Position numbers and translations under genes: made by a program. DNA of 64,000 bases from Hemiscyllium ocellatum (taxonomy: Eukaryota): NCBI RefSeq assembly GCF_020745735.1, contig NC_083440.1, forward strand, positions 13,503,138-13,567,137, read 5' to 3'. The first letter of the stretch is position 1; every line of letters starts with the position of its first letter. Shown piece after piece: positions 36,024-48,624 of this stretch. A model generated the notes under the pieces. That model ran no database searches and was not told the DNA's origin. It worked only from the letters and a program-made list of their open reading frames with translations.

Positions 36024-37009
36024 ATTACTTTCAACTTTGAGGGATGTGGACCAGCTGCTAGCTTAATTTTTGGATACCTTATTGCCACAGTCAAATTGGA
36101 CTGAAAGGTCTGTTTCTATGCTATAAAACACTGACTCGCTAACTCTATGTCTGGAAGGAGGGATTTTAAGGTCGACAGAGCGATTATTACAGTTTTTCTG
36201 TCTTATGTCAGTGCAATGTGATTCGTCCAGTTTCACTTCTTTTAGACTCCGTAAGGATTGATAAAAGTGCATTCAAAGTCATTCAGGCAACTGAGATTCA
36301 ATGGCATTGGTCTTGGTCTGTGGGACAGTTTTCCTGTCCTAAAGAAAATTAGGGAAACAGATGTTTTTTTTTCAGACAAAGAAGGGTTGATTTATGTCGA
36401 TCTGTTATGTTAGGTTTATGACTGTAATCAAATTACACGAGCTGCTGTCATAGCATTCTAACCTTTTTTTAGAATATTGACTAAATGTTTGGATTAATCG
36501 TCAAACGATAAGACCACGAGGCAATTGCATTGTCACATTACTGCTTCATCACTGGGTCCTGCGAGAATTTAATAGGCTATTAATTTTAAAGGTTCAAATT
36601 GAAGTTTTGCCATGATTTCTCCTCGCAACATGACTTTGCAGAAGGCTTTTGCACTGCTCTGGGTCTGTTTTGAACATTGTGATAGCGAGCAGTTTTAAAA
36701 TGAATCAAGGTCTGAGGCTTCTACACGTTCAACCTTTTGTTCAGACTTCAGATCTTCTTGCCTGCTAAAACCTGTCCTTGACACATTCAGAAAAGCAGGT
36801 CCCATAGGCTGTAAGGGATTTCACTGTCAGCTGCTACTCGTTGTCACTGCACTAGCACCAAAAATAAAAGCTTAAATTATTGGTGGCCTTCATCTAACTT
36901 ACACATACAACTCTTCTCATTTCCAAAACACTGTGGAAATAATTCCTTCCTGAAAGCAGTACTGAGAAAGACTGACAAACAGACAGATCAATGAAGATAA
37001 GGAGACATT

Positions 37010-37288
37010 ACCTATCACCGCATATGATGAATACCACATTGATTCAGCTTGCTTTGTCAACGAAGAGAGCAGTCGTGAATGGACACCCAGTTATCATCGG
37101 ATTTAATAGGTCCCATACCAATGGAGTACACTTGGCTACGTTACCAATTCGTAACAGAGACGGAATTTCATTCAGTTTCCAACACTTCGTGCCTCCAATT
37201 CGGCCGCAGTTGCATGTGAACTCGTCCAGCGAGATCAACTGGTGTCCCTCATTGAGCTGGAGCGTGAAGACAGCTCCATTCTGAAGCC
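37010..37288 (-). pseudogene. Relic V-like exon, copy 2 (GLQNGAVF..TCNCGR..VYSIGMG)
   Basis: GCTCCAG acceptor after a pyrimidine tract; paralog of 29165, 48347 and 53758. Confidence 0.5.
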
Positions 37289-38024
37289 CTGGAGCCACGA
37301 CGTTACAAAAAAGGAGAAGGTTGACTGGGTCAATACATATTCAAAAAGGAAATATCAGCAAACGCATCTGGGGATATGTGTACTCCTCAGATGATACCTG
37401 GCAGAAGTGGTTTATTGCCCTCTCGAGATCATCCAGAAGGGTTTCAATTATTCCGAGTCCTGTACTGTTTATTGCATGCAGGTTAAGTGAATTGACCGTG
37501 CGAAATTACTGAATACTGCACAAAAATGAGCAGGTGAGTTAACCATTACAAATGCGCGGTGATTGGGATAGGAGAGCGGATCTCTGTGAGACAGTGTTCA
37601 GAGATACAGTGCAGATTCGATGGGCCGAATGGTCTATTACCCCATCTTTGGGTTCTCTTCTTATACTGTGCCAAATGAGCGTTAGCTACATATTTCAACT
37701 TGATTAAATTCGCGTTTCCATTAAAAAAGGATCAATTGTAAACTCAAACAGAGAGTAGTTTTGTAAAACACAACAGTGGGTCAGAATGGAATGCTCTGCC
37801 CCCTACAAATTATCATTGTACATGAGACTATCTATCCGGCTCGATGATAAATGAACAGGTTCCCTTATTCTTTGATTGGGTTGTAAATCGCTGCTATTAC
37901 TTCGATAATACTTTTACCCCAGAACAGTTTGTATGAAAGGGTGCAATCATTAGTGAGGAGTGGGTGCAATTATGATCGTTGTGAACTCGAGGTTCCCAAT
38001 CCATCTGCTTACATCTGCTTGCTC

Positions 38025-38063
38025 GGTTTTAGCAACAGACCTGCACTTGTTTGTATTGCTGTG
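38025..38063 (-). other. 23-RSS
   Basis: CACAGCA, 23-nt spacer, GCTAAAACC. Confidence 0.9.
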
Positions 38064-38365
38064 TTCACTGGCAGCACAGTAATAAAGTGCGGTATCAGAC
38101 GTCTGCAGCTGAAGGATTTTTAAACTGCATGATTTAAGATCATGCCTGGTGCCTTCAAATCTTGCCTTGAAATCCTCTTCGAACGTGGGTGCTGCAGTAC
38201 CAATCGAGGTTGCTATGAGCTGCAGGCGTGCTCCCCTTAGCTGACGGTACCAGTACATGTAGTTATGGTTAGTATCATTTTGGTAACAGTGCATCTCCGC
38301 CGTCTTCCCTTCTCCAACAGACAATATGTTCTCCGACTGGAAGATTAAGGTGCTCTTGCAGCCAG
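38064..38365 (-). CDS. TRBV: Functional TRBV, V exon (..TAEMHCYQNDTNHNYMYWYRQ..DTALYYCAASE)
   Basis: Open 302-nt exon, leader, RSS. Confidence 0.97.
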
Positions 38366-38878
38366 CTGAGGAGGAACGGGGAAAACAGATGTGGTCATTT
38401 TTCAACTGCTTGCTATTATAACGGGGAGGTTATTTTTGCAGATAGCACCACCACCCCAGTCACTCATAAAAGATCGAGTCGTTGACATTCTCAGACAAAG
38501 CAACAGATCTCTGGGCACCCAGTCACGGTAGAGCAATACCGAACCATATTGTCACGATTGGCTGCAATTCCGATTGCTTGCACAGATATAAGTACATCAT
38601 CCATTTTCCCACATCCACAGACTTCAAAATCCATCTGCTGCAAAAGTATAACACATCTTTCCACTACAGAGAGAAAGACTAAGTTACCGCAGCCACTCAC
38701 TGTTTTGGTTACTGTGCCCTGTTTTATTTGGAAACTTCATGCCACTGAAACATATATTATTTTTAATAAATTAAACAAGAACGAAACTTGCAAATGACCT
38801 GACTGACCTAAACTCATCTCACAGCATGAAGAGCGGATAAAGAATGACTAAAATAGTTAAGCAAGCCTGGAAGGATAC

Positions 38879-38924
38879 CTGCGAACAGCAGTAACAGGAG
38901 ATACAGAGAAACAGCATCGAACAT
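38879..38924 (-). CDS. TRBV: Leader exon MFDAVSLYLLLLLFA
   Basis: 46 nt, phase-1 GTATCC donor. Confidence 0.92.
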
Positions 38925-39003
38925 TATCCCTCCCAACTTGGTACTGCTTTGCACACTGCAAAACCTCTTACCCTGTTGCCGGATTTAATGCTTTGCACTG
39001 GAC

Positions 39004-39012
39004 GTGACATCA
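39004..39012. promoter_or_regulatory. V-beta promoter CRE-like motif GTGACATCA
   Basis: About 81 bp from ATG; CCAAT at 39025-39029. Confidence 0.82.
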
Positions 39013-40120
39013 TTGCGAGAGCGTCCAATCGACCTCCCCATTCCCGTCCAATGAAATGCAGAGATCCTGTCTATGAGTACGTTGGTAAGTGACCCACGAG
39101 GTAATCTTGCAATTTTAAGTATATAGTTCATTCCTTGCATTTCGTATAGATCGAAACAATTCACTTGTCTTTGTTTTTTTTTCTAGGGGAGGTCACGTTA
39201 CGTCATGTCAAACAAATGAAGGTTCTGTTAGATGTTACAACATTGGTCCAGTTTGCATCTCAGGATGGATACGGAGAAGAATGTCAAACTGGGCAAGATA
39301 GTCCAGTGTCCATTCAGGTTTCAAACCACACTCTTGCTCAAATATTTTGCTGCAGTGCTGAAAGTGCTTCTATTTTCACAAATGAAAGGACGAATTGAAA
39401 GATGTTAAATTCCATTGTGTTGTTCGGACAATTTTCTTTCTGAAAAATCCGTAGAAAACATTTTGTGTAGCTTTTGTATGTGCATTCTTTTTATGAACTC
39501 GATTTATTTTTGCACTATAAAGACTCCACCTAACATATTGCTGTTCTAATACAATAAATGCAATCCACCCTCTGTGTGATCAGAGAGATTTTCAAACTGA
39601 TATAATGTTCAGATGGGAAAAACACAAAAATTTTAAATATTTTGTAATGAAACTTCTGAAATGTTATTATTCAACTATGCAGCAGGTGCATAATGAACTG
39701 AGACCTCAGGTTCGAAGGTAGAGAAACTACCACTGCATCAAAAGTACCCTCCTTATTCATTCCAAAATCAACTTGCTCGGATATATTACCATATATCTCT
39801 GTAGGATGTGGAAATGGAATCCGTTTTTCCCGGTCCAGAGGTACATCCACTACCACAGATCCACATGACCCCAGGTATGATTACAAAATAAGTATTTTCC
39901 TAATCCGCAGCTGACTGTGTTTAAAGGTGATTATCAACGAATATTGATGAAATTTTGTTGACTCTTTTGATTCAGTCATTTACTGAAAGCTACTGCGCAA
40001 CTTCTCAGGGCTGGAGCAAGAAGGTTGCTAATCTTGAGAAAACATTTCGAAACATATTTTGTCAGCAAACAATTGCTATGCTTTGGGCAGAGGTGGTGAC
40101 AATAATGCTTTGTTCTGAAT

Positions 40121-40320
40121 GTGACATCATTGCGAGAGCGTCCAATAGACCTCCCCGTTCCCATCCAATGAAATGCAGATATCCTCTCTCTGAATACGTT
40201 GGTAACTGACCCATGAGATAATCTCGCAAGTTTAAGTATATAATCCACCCCCTGCATTTTGTATAGATTGAAATAATTCACTTATCTTTGTTTTTTTTTG
40301 TCTAGAGGAGGTCATGTCAC
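40121..40320 (-). promoter_or_regulatory. Orphan V promoter copy (CRE plus CCAAT) with no leader or V
   Basis: Closely similar to 39004-39205 and abuts intergenic cassette sequence instead of a leader. Confidence 0.8.
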
Positions 40321-40631
40321 GTTACGATCAGACGTGAGATTTCGTTAATAAATTCATATTCCTTCATCTGTTCTTACGTAGAAACTTATTATGACACACA
40401 CATATATTCTTTTAGTTTAGCATGACTAAGGTGCCATCCTGTATGAATGCGGGTGCTATTTTGTCCATGCCACACGAGGAGTCCCAAAACAATTTAAAAA
40501 ATGTCAGGAACAGCATCCAGCACATTAATGATCAATTAGACGAACCAGCTTTACGAAAAAAAAGTGAATGGGAGTCTATCAATTTAGACAGGAGCAACAA
40601 AAGGTTGTTTGTTGTTATGATGAGCGAGACC

Positions 40632-42565
40632 TTCCACTCTCTCCTTCCACACACTCACTTTATCCATGCACCAACCACTTCTCTCCTTCCAAACACCCAC
40701 TCTATCCAAACTCCTACTTTATCCCTCCTTCCTCACACTCACTCTATCCCTGAACCCACCTTTTCTCTCCTGCCACACACTCACTCTATCCCTGCGCACA
40801 CCTTCCCTCTCCTTCCTTACTCTCACTCTATCCTTGCAGGCAACTTCTCTCTCCTTCTTCACTCTCACTCTATCCCTACACCCACCTTCTCTCTCCTTCC
40901 TTACTCTCAGTCTATCCCTGAACCCACCTTCTCCCTCCTTCCACACACTCACTTTATCTCTGCACCCACTTTTTCTCTCCTTCCACACACTCACTCTACC
41001 CCGGAACACACCTTCTCTCTCCTTCCTTACTCTCACTCTATGCCTGCACGCATCTTCTCTCTCCTTCCTCACACTCACTGTATCCCAGCTCCTACCATCT
41101 TCTCCTTCCTCACACTCACTTTATCCCTGCACCTACCATTTCTCTGTTTCCACACACTCACTCTATCTCTGCACACACCTTCCCTCTCCTTCCTCACTCT
41201 CACTCAATCCATGCATCACATGCTCTCTCCTTCCTCACATTCACTCTATCCCTGCACACACCTTCCCTCTCCTTCCTCACTCTCATCTATCCCTGCATCA
41301 CATACTCTCTCCTTCCTCACACACTCACTCTATCCCTGTCCACACCTTCCCTCTCCTTCCTCACTCTCATTCTATCCCTGCACGGAACTTCTCTCTCCTC
41401 CTTCATTCCCACTCTATCCCTGCAGCACATACTCTCTCCTTCGTCACACTCACTCTATCCCAGCTCCTACCTTCTACCTCCTTCCTCACACTAACATTAT
41501 CCTTGCACCCACCTTTTCTCTCCTTCCACACACTCACTCTATCCCTGCACACGCCTTCTCCCTCCTTCCTTACTCTCACTCTCTCCCTGCAACCACCTTT
41601 TCTCTCCTTCCTCAAACTCCCTCGATCCCTTCACCCACCGTCTCTCTACTTCCTCACAATCACTCTATCCCTGCACCACATTCTCTCTCCCGCCTCAAGC
41701 TGACTCTATCCCTGAACCCACCTTTTTTATCCTTCCACACTCTCACTTTTTCCCTGCACACCCATTCTCTCTCATCACTCGCTCTCACTCTATCCCAGCA
41801 CACAACTTCTCCCGCCTTCATCACACTCACTCAATCCCTGCAAACATCTTCTCTCTCCTTCCTCACTCTCACTCTATCCATTAAGCAAACTTTTCTCTCC
41901 GTGCACACACTCACTGTATCCCTGCACACACCTTCATCCTCCTTCCTCACTCTCACGATATCCTTGCACGAAACTTCTCTCTCCTTCTTCATTCTCACTC
42001 TATTCCGGCAACCACCTTCTCTCTCGTTTCTTATTCTCACTCTACCCATGCACACACCTTCTCTTTCCTTCCTCACACTCACTCTATCCCAGCTCCAACC
42101 TTCTCCCTCCTTCCTCAAACTCACTTTATCTCTGCACCCACCTTTTCTCTCCTTCCACACACTCACTCTATCCCTGCACTCACCTTCTCTCTCCTTCCTC
42201 ACACTCACTCTATCCCTGCACACACCTTCTCTCTCGTCACTCGCTCTCACTCTATCCGTGCAAACAACTTCTCCCGCCTCCATCACACTCACTCAATCCA
42301 GGCAACCATCTTCTCTCTCCTTCCTCACACTCCCTCTATACCTGCACCCAGATTCTCTCTCTTTACTTACGCTCACTCTATACCTGCACCCACCGTTTCT
42401 CTCCTTCGTCACACACACTCTATCCCTGAACACACCCTTTCTCTCCTTACACACACGCACTCTATCCCTGCACACACCTTCCCTCTCCTTCCTCACTCTC
42501 ATCTATCCCTGCACGCAACTTCTCTCTCCTTCTTCATTCTCACTCTATTCCTGCGCCCACCTTCG
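40632..42565. repeat. 42-bp polypyrimidine/polypurine minisatellite, about 46 diverged copies
   Basis: Consensus close to TCTCTCCTTCCTCACACTCACTCTATCCCTGCACACACCTTC; the + strand is almost free of G. Confidence 0.95.
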
Positions 42566-43265
42566 GTCTCGTCATATCATGTGGGTCATAAACAGGGTAC
42601 ACAGCAAGAAACGTGTGTTGTTGGCAGAAAATCAAAAATAAAAAGGAGACATCAATTTAGGGAAGGGTTTCCCGTTTGAACTGTTATCCCAGGCAGTACT
42701 TACCAGATCCTCAACCACACTGTGAATGAAAATGTTTTTCCTCAAATCCGTGCAAAACTGCCGACCTTACTGTTCTTTGTCAAGATGCGAGGAGTATATT
42801 GAGTCTTTGAGAAATAACGCAATTTCTGCATCATCGTGGTAAGCAGGGTACAAAGGGAATGCAGTGTCCAGAACAACAAGACAAGGCGGGAAGGACGAAA
42901 GGACTGTTAAAATACCAACTTCACGAAGTATATCAATGACGAGAGGAGGGGACATGTGTTCTGGAAAATGACAGGTGAGGGTGGGCATTTACATAAGCTC
43001 AGGGGTTGGAGGTTTGAAGAAGCTACCAGGAAAAACTTTACACCCAGAGTGTTTTTGCAACCTGGAATTCACTGTCTGTGAAGGTGATAGAAGCAGAAAC
43101 TCTCCTTACAGTGAAGAAATATTTCGATGTTCAACAGAGCTGACAAGGCAGAAAAAAGTTTTCTGCCAAGTGATAAGGCAAGGGATTCTACAACAATGAC
43201 CAACATATTGAAACATGACCCCCGTGCTTTCAAATTAGTTCTAATCCTGGGATGATAGACAGCTA

Positions 43266-43304
43266 TGTTTTTGGATAATATCTTCGCCTGCTTGAATCTC
43301 TGTG
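43266..43304 (-). other. 23-RSS
   Basis: CACAGAG, 23-nt spacer, CCAAAAACA. Confidence 0.85.
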
Positions 43305-43594
43305 ATCACTGTCAGTGCAGTAATAGACTGCTGAATCTGTCGGCTGCAAGCTCAGCGTATTCAACCTATCTTTTGTTTCATGACTTTTGACTGGGTCTGT
43401 CGAATCCTTTTCAGGGTGTGATCAGACCTAGTGACAGGTTGCTATGAGTTGCAGACCTGCACTTCTGGGCTGGCGGTACCAGTGCATGTAAATCTCGCTA
43501 GTGTGGTTTTGGTAACAGTGCATTTTTGCCTTCTTCCTCTTTTGTGAAGCCAACTGCTCCAGCCATGGGGAGATGAAGGCACCTTTATAACTCA
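43305..43594 (-). pseudogene. TRBV: TRBV pseudogene V exon
   Basis: AKMHCYQNHTSEIYMHWYRQPRSAGLQLIATCH*, then deletions, then LSLQPTDSAVYYCTDSD. Confidence 0.92.
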
Positions 43595-43932
43595 CTAAGG
43601 GAAAACGACAGGAAAATGTTGCGGTTGGGATGAAATCGGGATGGACACAATGTGGACTCAGAGAGAGAAGCGAAACAATTTGCGTCAAATTTCACAAACT
43701 CAGTCGCTGTGCGTACGAAAACAGTGTGCATTCCTAGATCACGACTGAACTCAATCCAATTGCTGTTGTCCCAACGTATTTGGCACTTTGAATGTCTTAC
43801 ATACTGCACGAGATTTGTACATCCCGCCAACCCCTCACATAGATGAACGTATGTCTGGAGTCCGTTCCCAGCTTATTCAGGTTTAAAACAACTTTTGTTT
43901 TGCAATGTCAGCGAAAGGCAGTCACCAGTTAC

Positions 43933-43993
43933 TGGGACCCATGAAAAGCATCAGTTTCCAAAGAGTTGACAAGATCAATCTTGTCTCTTTCAT
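43933..43993 (-). pseudogene. Candidate atypical leader exon (MKETRLILSTLWKLMLFMGP)
   Basis: ATG, hydrophobic core, phase-1 GTAACT donor 338 nt from the V acceptor; not homologous to the other leaders. Confidence 0.4.
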
Positions 43994-44538
43994 CACTTGG
44001 GATGAAAATTCCAAGTTGTACTCTCTGACCCTTATTTTGTCTCCAAACAAAAGCAAAAATGTACGGAGAAACTCAACAGCATCTGTCGAGAGAGAAAGCA
44101 GTGTTATCATTTCGGATCCAGTGACGATCCTTCACAACGTATCTATTGTCTTGTAGATTTTTCTATATAAAAATACCTCCAGTCAACCAGCGCAAGAATT
44201 TTATAGCACAACTCTGGAACAGGATGCGACTTGAACCCGGTTGATCTGCTCAGAGAAAGGAATACTACCACGATGCCACAAGAGGCTCTTTTCAACTGTA
44301 TTGAAAGGATTGCCATTTGAGGTATGACTTATGCAGCTTCCATCGTAACTGTACACAGCAAGTTACAACACTACCAAGAACAATTGATAATCCTTGAACT
44401 GACCTCGTTGTTCCTTCAACAAGCAGAACTTATGTTGCTCAATAATTTTTTACAGTTACTGGCAGAATGAGTACCAGTGGATACATGCAGACAGACCACA
44501 GCATGACACAGCAAACCAATGCTGTCTCAAAACACTGG

Positions 44539-46113
44539 TTTTGGGACTGAACTGGTCTGACACCCTCCTTCGACTGACTGAACTGGTCTGACACCCTCCT
44601 TCGACTGAATGAATTGGTCCGCCGTACCAACCAGTACCCATCCACTGAACACCCTCCTTCGACTGAGTGAACTGGTCCGCCGTACCAGCAGTACCCTTCC
44701 ACTGACACCCTCCTTCGATTGACTGAACTGGTCCACCATACCAACCAGTACCCTTCCAATGACATCCTCCTTCGACTGACTGAACTGGTCCTCACGCTGA
44801 ACAACTTCTCTTTCCAATCCTCCCACTTCCTCCAAACTAAAGGAGTTGCCATGTGCACCCGCATGGGCCCCAGCTATGCCTGTCTCTTCGTAGGATATGT
44901 GGAACAGTCCATCTTCCGCAACTACACTGGCACCACCCCCGACTGACTCCCACAGCCACCTGGACGACACCTCCTCCCACCCTGCCCCCTGTTAAAACAC
45001 CATCCCATGTTCCCAATTCCCTCGTCTCCGCCGCATCTGCTCCCAGGAGGACCAGTTCCAATACCATACAGCCCAGATGGCCTCCTTCTTTAAAGACCAC
45101 AGATTCCCCCCCGACGTGATCGACGATGCCCTCCACCGCATCTCCTCCACTTCCAGCTCCTCCGCCCTTGAGCCCCGCCACTCCAACCACCACCAGGACA
45201 GAACCCCACTGGTTCTCACCTACCACTCCACCAACCTCCGTATACAGCGGATCATCCGCCGTCATTTCCGCTACCTCCAAACGGACCCCACCACCAGGGA
45301 TATATTTCCCTCCCTTCCCCTATCAGTGTTCCGCAAAGACCACTCCCTTCGTGACTCCATCGTCAGGTCCACACCCCCCACCAACCCAACCTCCACTCCC
45401 GGCACCTTCCCCTGCAACCACAGAAAATGTAAAACTTGCACTCACACCTCCTCCCTTACCTCTCTCCAAGGCACCAAGGGATCCTTCCATATCCGCCACA
45501 AATTCACCTGCACCTCCACACACATCATCTGTTGCATCCGCTGCACCCGATGTGGCCTCCTCTACGTTGGGGAGACGGGCCGCCTACTTGCAGAACGCTT
45601 CAGGGAACACCTCTGGGACGCCCGGACCAAACAATGCAACCACCCCGTGGCTCAACACTTTAACTCTCCCTCCCACTACACCAAGGACATGCACTTCCTC
45701 CATCGCCAGAATATAACAACACGACAGTTGGAGGAAGTGCGCCTCATCTTCCGCCTGGGAACCCTCCAACCACAAGGGATGAACTCAGATTTCTCCAGTT
45801 TCCTCATTTCCCCTCCCCCCACCTTGTCTCAGTCGGTTCCCTCGAACTCAGCACCGCCCTCCTAACCTGCAATTTTCTTCCTGACCTCTCGGCCCCGACC
45901 CCACTCCGGCCTATCACCCTCACCTTGACCTCCTTCCACCTATCACATCTCCATCGCCCCTCCCCCAAGTCCCTCCTCCCTACCATTTACCATAGCCTGC
46001 TGGACACACTTTCCTCATTCCTGATGAAGGGATTGTGCCCGAACCGTCGAATTTCCTGTTCCTTGAATGCTGCCTGACCTGCTGCGCTTTAACCAGCAAC
46101 ACATTTTCAGCTA
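44539..46113 (+). mobile_element. 5'-truncated, internally deleted Penelope-like retroelement (RT fragment plus GIY-YIG endonuclease)
   Basis: LTLNNFSF..FLQTKGVAMCTRMGPSYACLFVG (RT fragment), then PLVLTYH..CKTC..C..CGLLYVGETGRLLAERFREH (GIY-YIG); flanked by a 17-bp direct repeat. Confidence 0.93.
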
Positions 46114-46489
46114 CTGTCTCAAAACACTGGAGATTAGCTCCTGTTTTACTCGCTGCATTGAGGCTGAATGCAGAAATTGTGTCGTTGCATGTTCTGCCGA
46201 TGGCAGAGGTCTAATCGACGCAGCCGTCTGTTTCTTTCTGTGCAGTTTACAGTGACAGTACTTGACAGGTACCTTGCATGTTGTCGTATAATTTGTAAAG
46301 CCATGTGTCTGCCTTGTGGAAATGCAAATGTTATAAGGCAGGACTGTACAGATCAGAGACATTGAATGTAATTTCTAATTCAAGACTTCCAAAGTACGAG
46401 GTGTTGGACAAACTTTAATTTATTCTTGGGATTTTGTTTGCCCGACGTTTATTGCACATTTGTCAAGAACCTTCCAAATGGTTTAGCCA

Positions 46490-47300
46490 TACGATATAGC
46501 AAGGTACGAACGGAAGTAGGCCATTCAACATTTCGACCCTGTCCCACCAAGAAATGAGATCATGGCTGATCTCTGTTCTAACTCGTCAGATCTACTTTTG
46601 ATACATCCCCAAATGTGTTTGCTTAAAAAGCATTTATCTACACCAGAGTATAAGTTAACAAATGATTGTTAATAAATGATCGTCACAACTGCCATTTGTG
46701 GAATAGAGATCCAAACATCTGCCAGTTTTTTTGCATCAAAGTGCTTTCTCACCAATCTCCTCACGATCTAGCCCTAACTTACCACCACCGACCCTGCCTT
46801 TTCTTGCTAATATCGTGAAGGCCTTGTCTTTTTACTGTGAATAAAAGATCATTGATTAAACAGGTGAGACTACATGGCAGGTCTTCTGAAGTAATGGTCG
46901 GGGAGCTAGGGTTTTTCACATTGGAGCGAAGAAAGGTGAAAGCCAATTTGACATTGGTGTGCAAGATGATTGGAGACAGATATAGAGTGCATAATCAGGG
47001 ATTTTTTTTTCCCAAGATGAAAATAGCTAGCACAGAGGAGTAAATAAGGTGATTCTAGGAGAGTTTTCGGGAAGATGTGACATCCAGCTTCTTTACAGAG
47101 AGATAGGTGGGGGCGTGAAATGCACTGGCAGACGTGGTCGTAGAGTTAGATACATTCGGGACATTTAAAAGATTCTTAGATTGAATCTTTTATGAAGATA
47201 ATACAATGGAGGCCATGCATGTTTGTTTGATCTTAGAGTAGTATAAAAGGTCGGCACAACATCGAGGGTTGAAGGACCTGCACTGTGTTGTACTGTCCTG
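46490..47300. mobile_element. Two CR1-like 3' fragments in opposite orientation
   Basis: About 46490-46780 is reverse; about 46790-47300 is forward. Confidence 0.6.
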
Positions 47301-48346
47301 TGTTCTATCTTCTGTGTTCTATATCACGTGGGCTAAATTGAATTGAATCAAGATTGGTATCTGTAATGCTGGGGACCACTGGAGGATGCCAAAATGGATC
47401 ATCCACTTTACAGTTCTGACTGAAGATTGCTGCGAAAGCTTCAACCTTAACTTTTGCACTGATGCGCTTGGCTCTTCCATCCGTGACGATGGAGAGAGCT
47501 GTGGGTATGTTTCAAATTACGATAATGTTACATGTATCAATATCTTGTGGAGAACTGGAGTGATGCATTATATATAACAGTGGCACTGCCTGAATTAGCA
47601 ACTGAATGTTGGTTGAAAATCTGATAGTTCTGAACAATATGCTTAACATTTGAATTTCAGAAAGTGTCAATGTCTCCCTTGGCAGTGATATTGATGGCAC
47701 ATATTTGCTGCTGCTCTAACGCAACCTGATATCACTTTGTTTGTTTATTGATATTTTAAATTATCTCAGCTTGAATGACTGTCGATTTTGGAGGCGGGGC
47801 CGTGTCCCTGTGTCAGAGCTGAAAGCCCTGGTGTCAAGCCCCACTTGCCCTGGAATTTTATCCTAAATTGACAGAACCGTTTCAATAAAGTCTGTAAGAG
47901 ATAATATGAACAGGATGTTTAAGTGCAGATGTCGGCATACTAAAAGCTGAGACGTAAGTCCTGACTAGACACGGGCGCAGCATTGTTCAGGTAAGGGACA
48001 AAATTTGGATATATGTATTTAGATATCTGCCGTCCTCACTTTCTCCTATATGTATTTGGAGGCTATCTTAGCTGTTCATTGAAAAGAGGAGGAACATGAG
48101 CTATGAAACAGACTCAGAGAGGTACTTTAAAACTAAATGATCTTCTGCACAACATCGCCGTATATCCCCAGGATTTCCCCTCTGCTGTGATATGATTGTG
48201 ATTAGTGCCATTCACTTAGTATAATTTTCCACCTCTTCCATTTTTCAAAACACTGGGCAACAAGGACCATCCTGAAGCCGGGAAAAAAAAGATTCAGAAA
48301 TAGTCTGATCAAGCAATTGCAGCTGCACTGAGAATAGAGAGACGTT

Positions 48347-48624
48347 ATCTGTCAGTGCACATGATGAATGCCATATGTGCTCAGTTGGCTTTGTCAACCA
48401 AAAACGCATTAATGGTCGAATACACAGTTACCGGTGAGTGCAACTATTCTCGTGCCAATGGAATATGCTTGTCTTCATTACAAACTGGTCAATGAGGCTA
48501 AATTTCGGTAAGTTTCTCATTCGGTGCCACCAACCCTGCTGCAGTTGCAACGTGTGCTAATCTAGAAAAACCAAATGAGGTTGCTCTCTGATCTTGGCCG
48601 TGTTCTCAGTTCCATTTCTAAGCA
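48347..48624 (-). pseudogene. Relic V-like exon, copy 3 (..RCNCSRVGGT..AYSIGT..CALTD)
   Basis: GTTCCAG acceptor; paralog of 29165, 37010 and 53758. Confidence 0.5.

Noticed and set aside
40422-42641. 739-aa ORF and overlapping ORFs
   Set aside because: Artefact of a 42-bp (frame-preserving), G-poor minisatellite that cannot easily form stop codons; low-complexity translation with no domain.
44545-44790. CRISPR-like repeat ladder
   Set aside because: Eukaryotic context with no unique spacers; the units are copies of the adjacent Penelope RT sequence.
46490-47300. Twin-priming inversion of one LINE (also 9000-9690)
   Set aside because: Both halves appear to carry their own 3' ends, which fits two independent insertions better.
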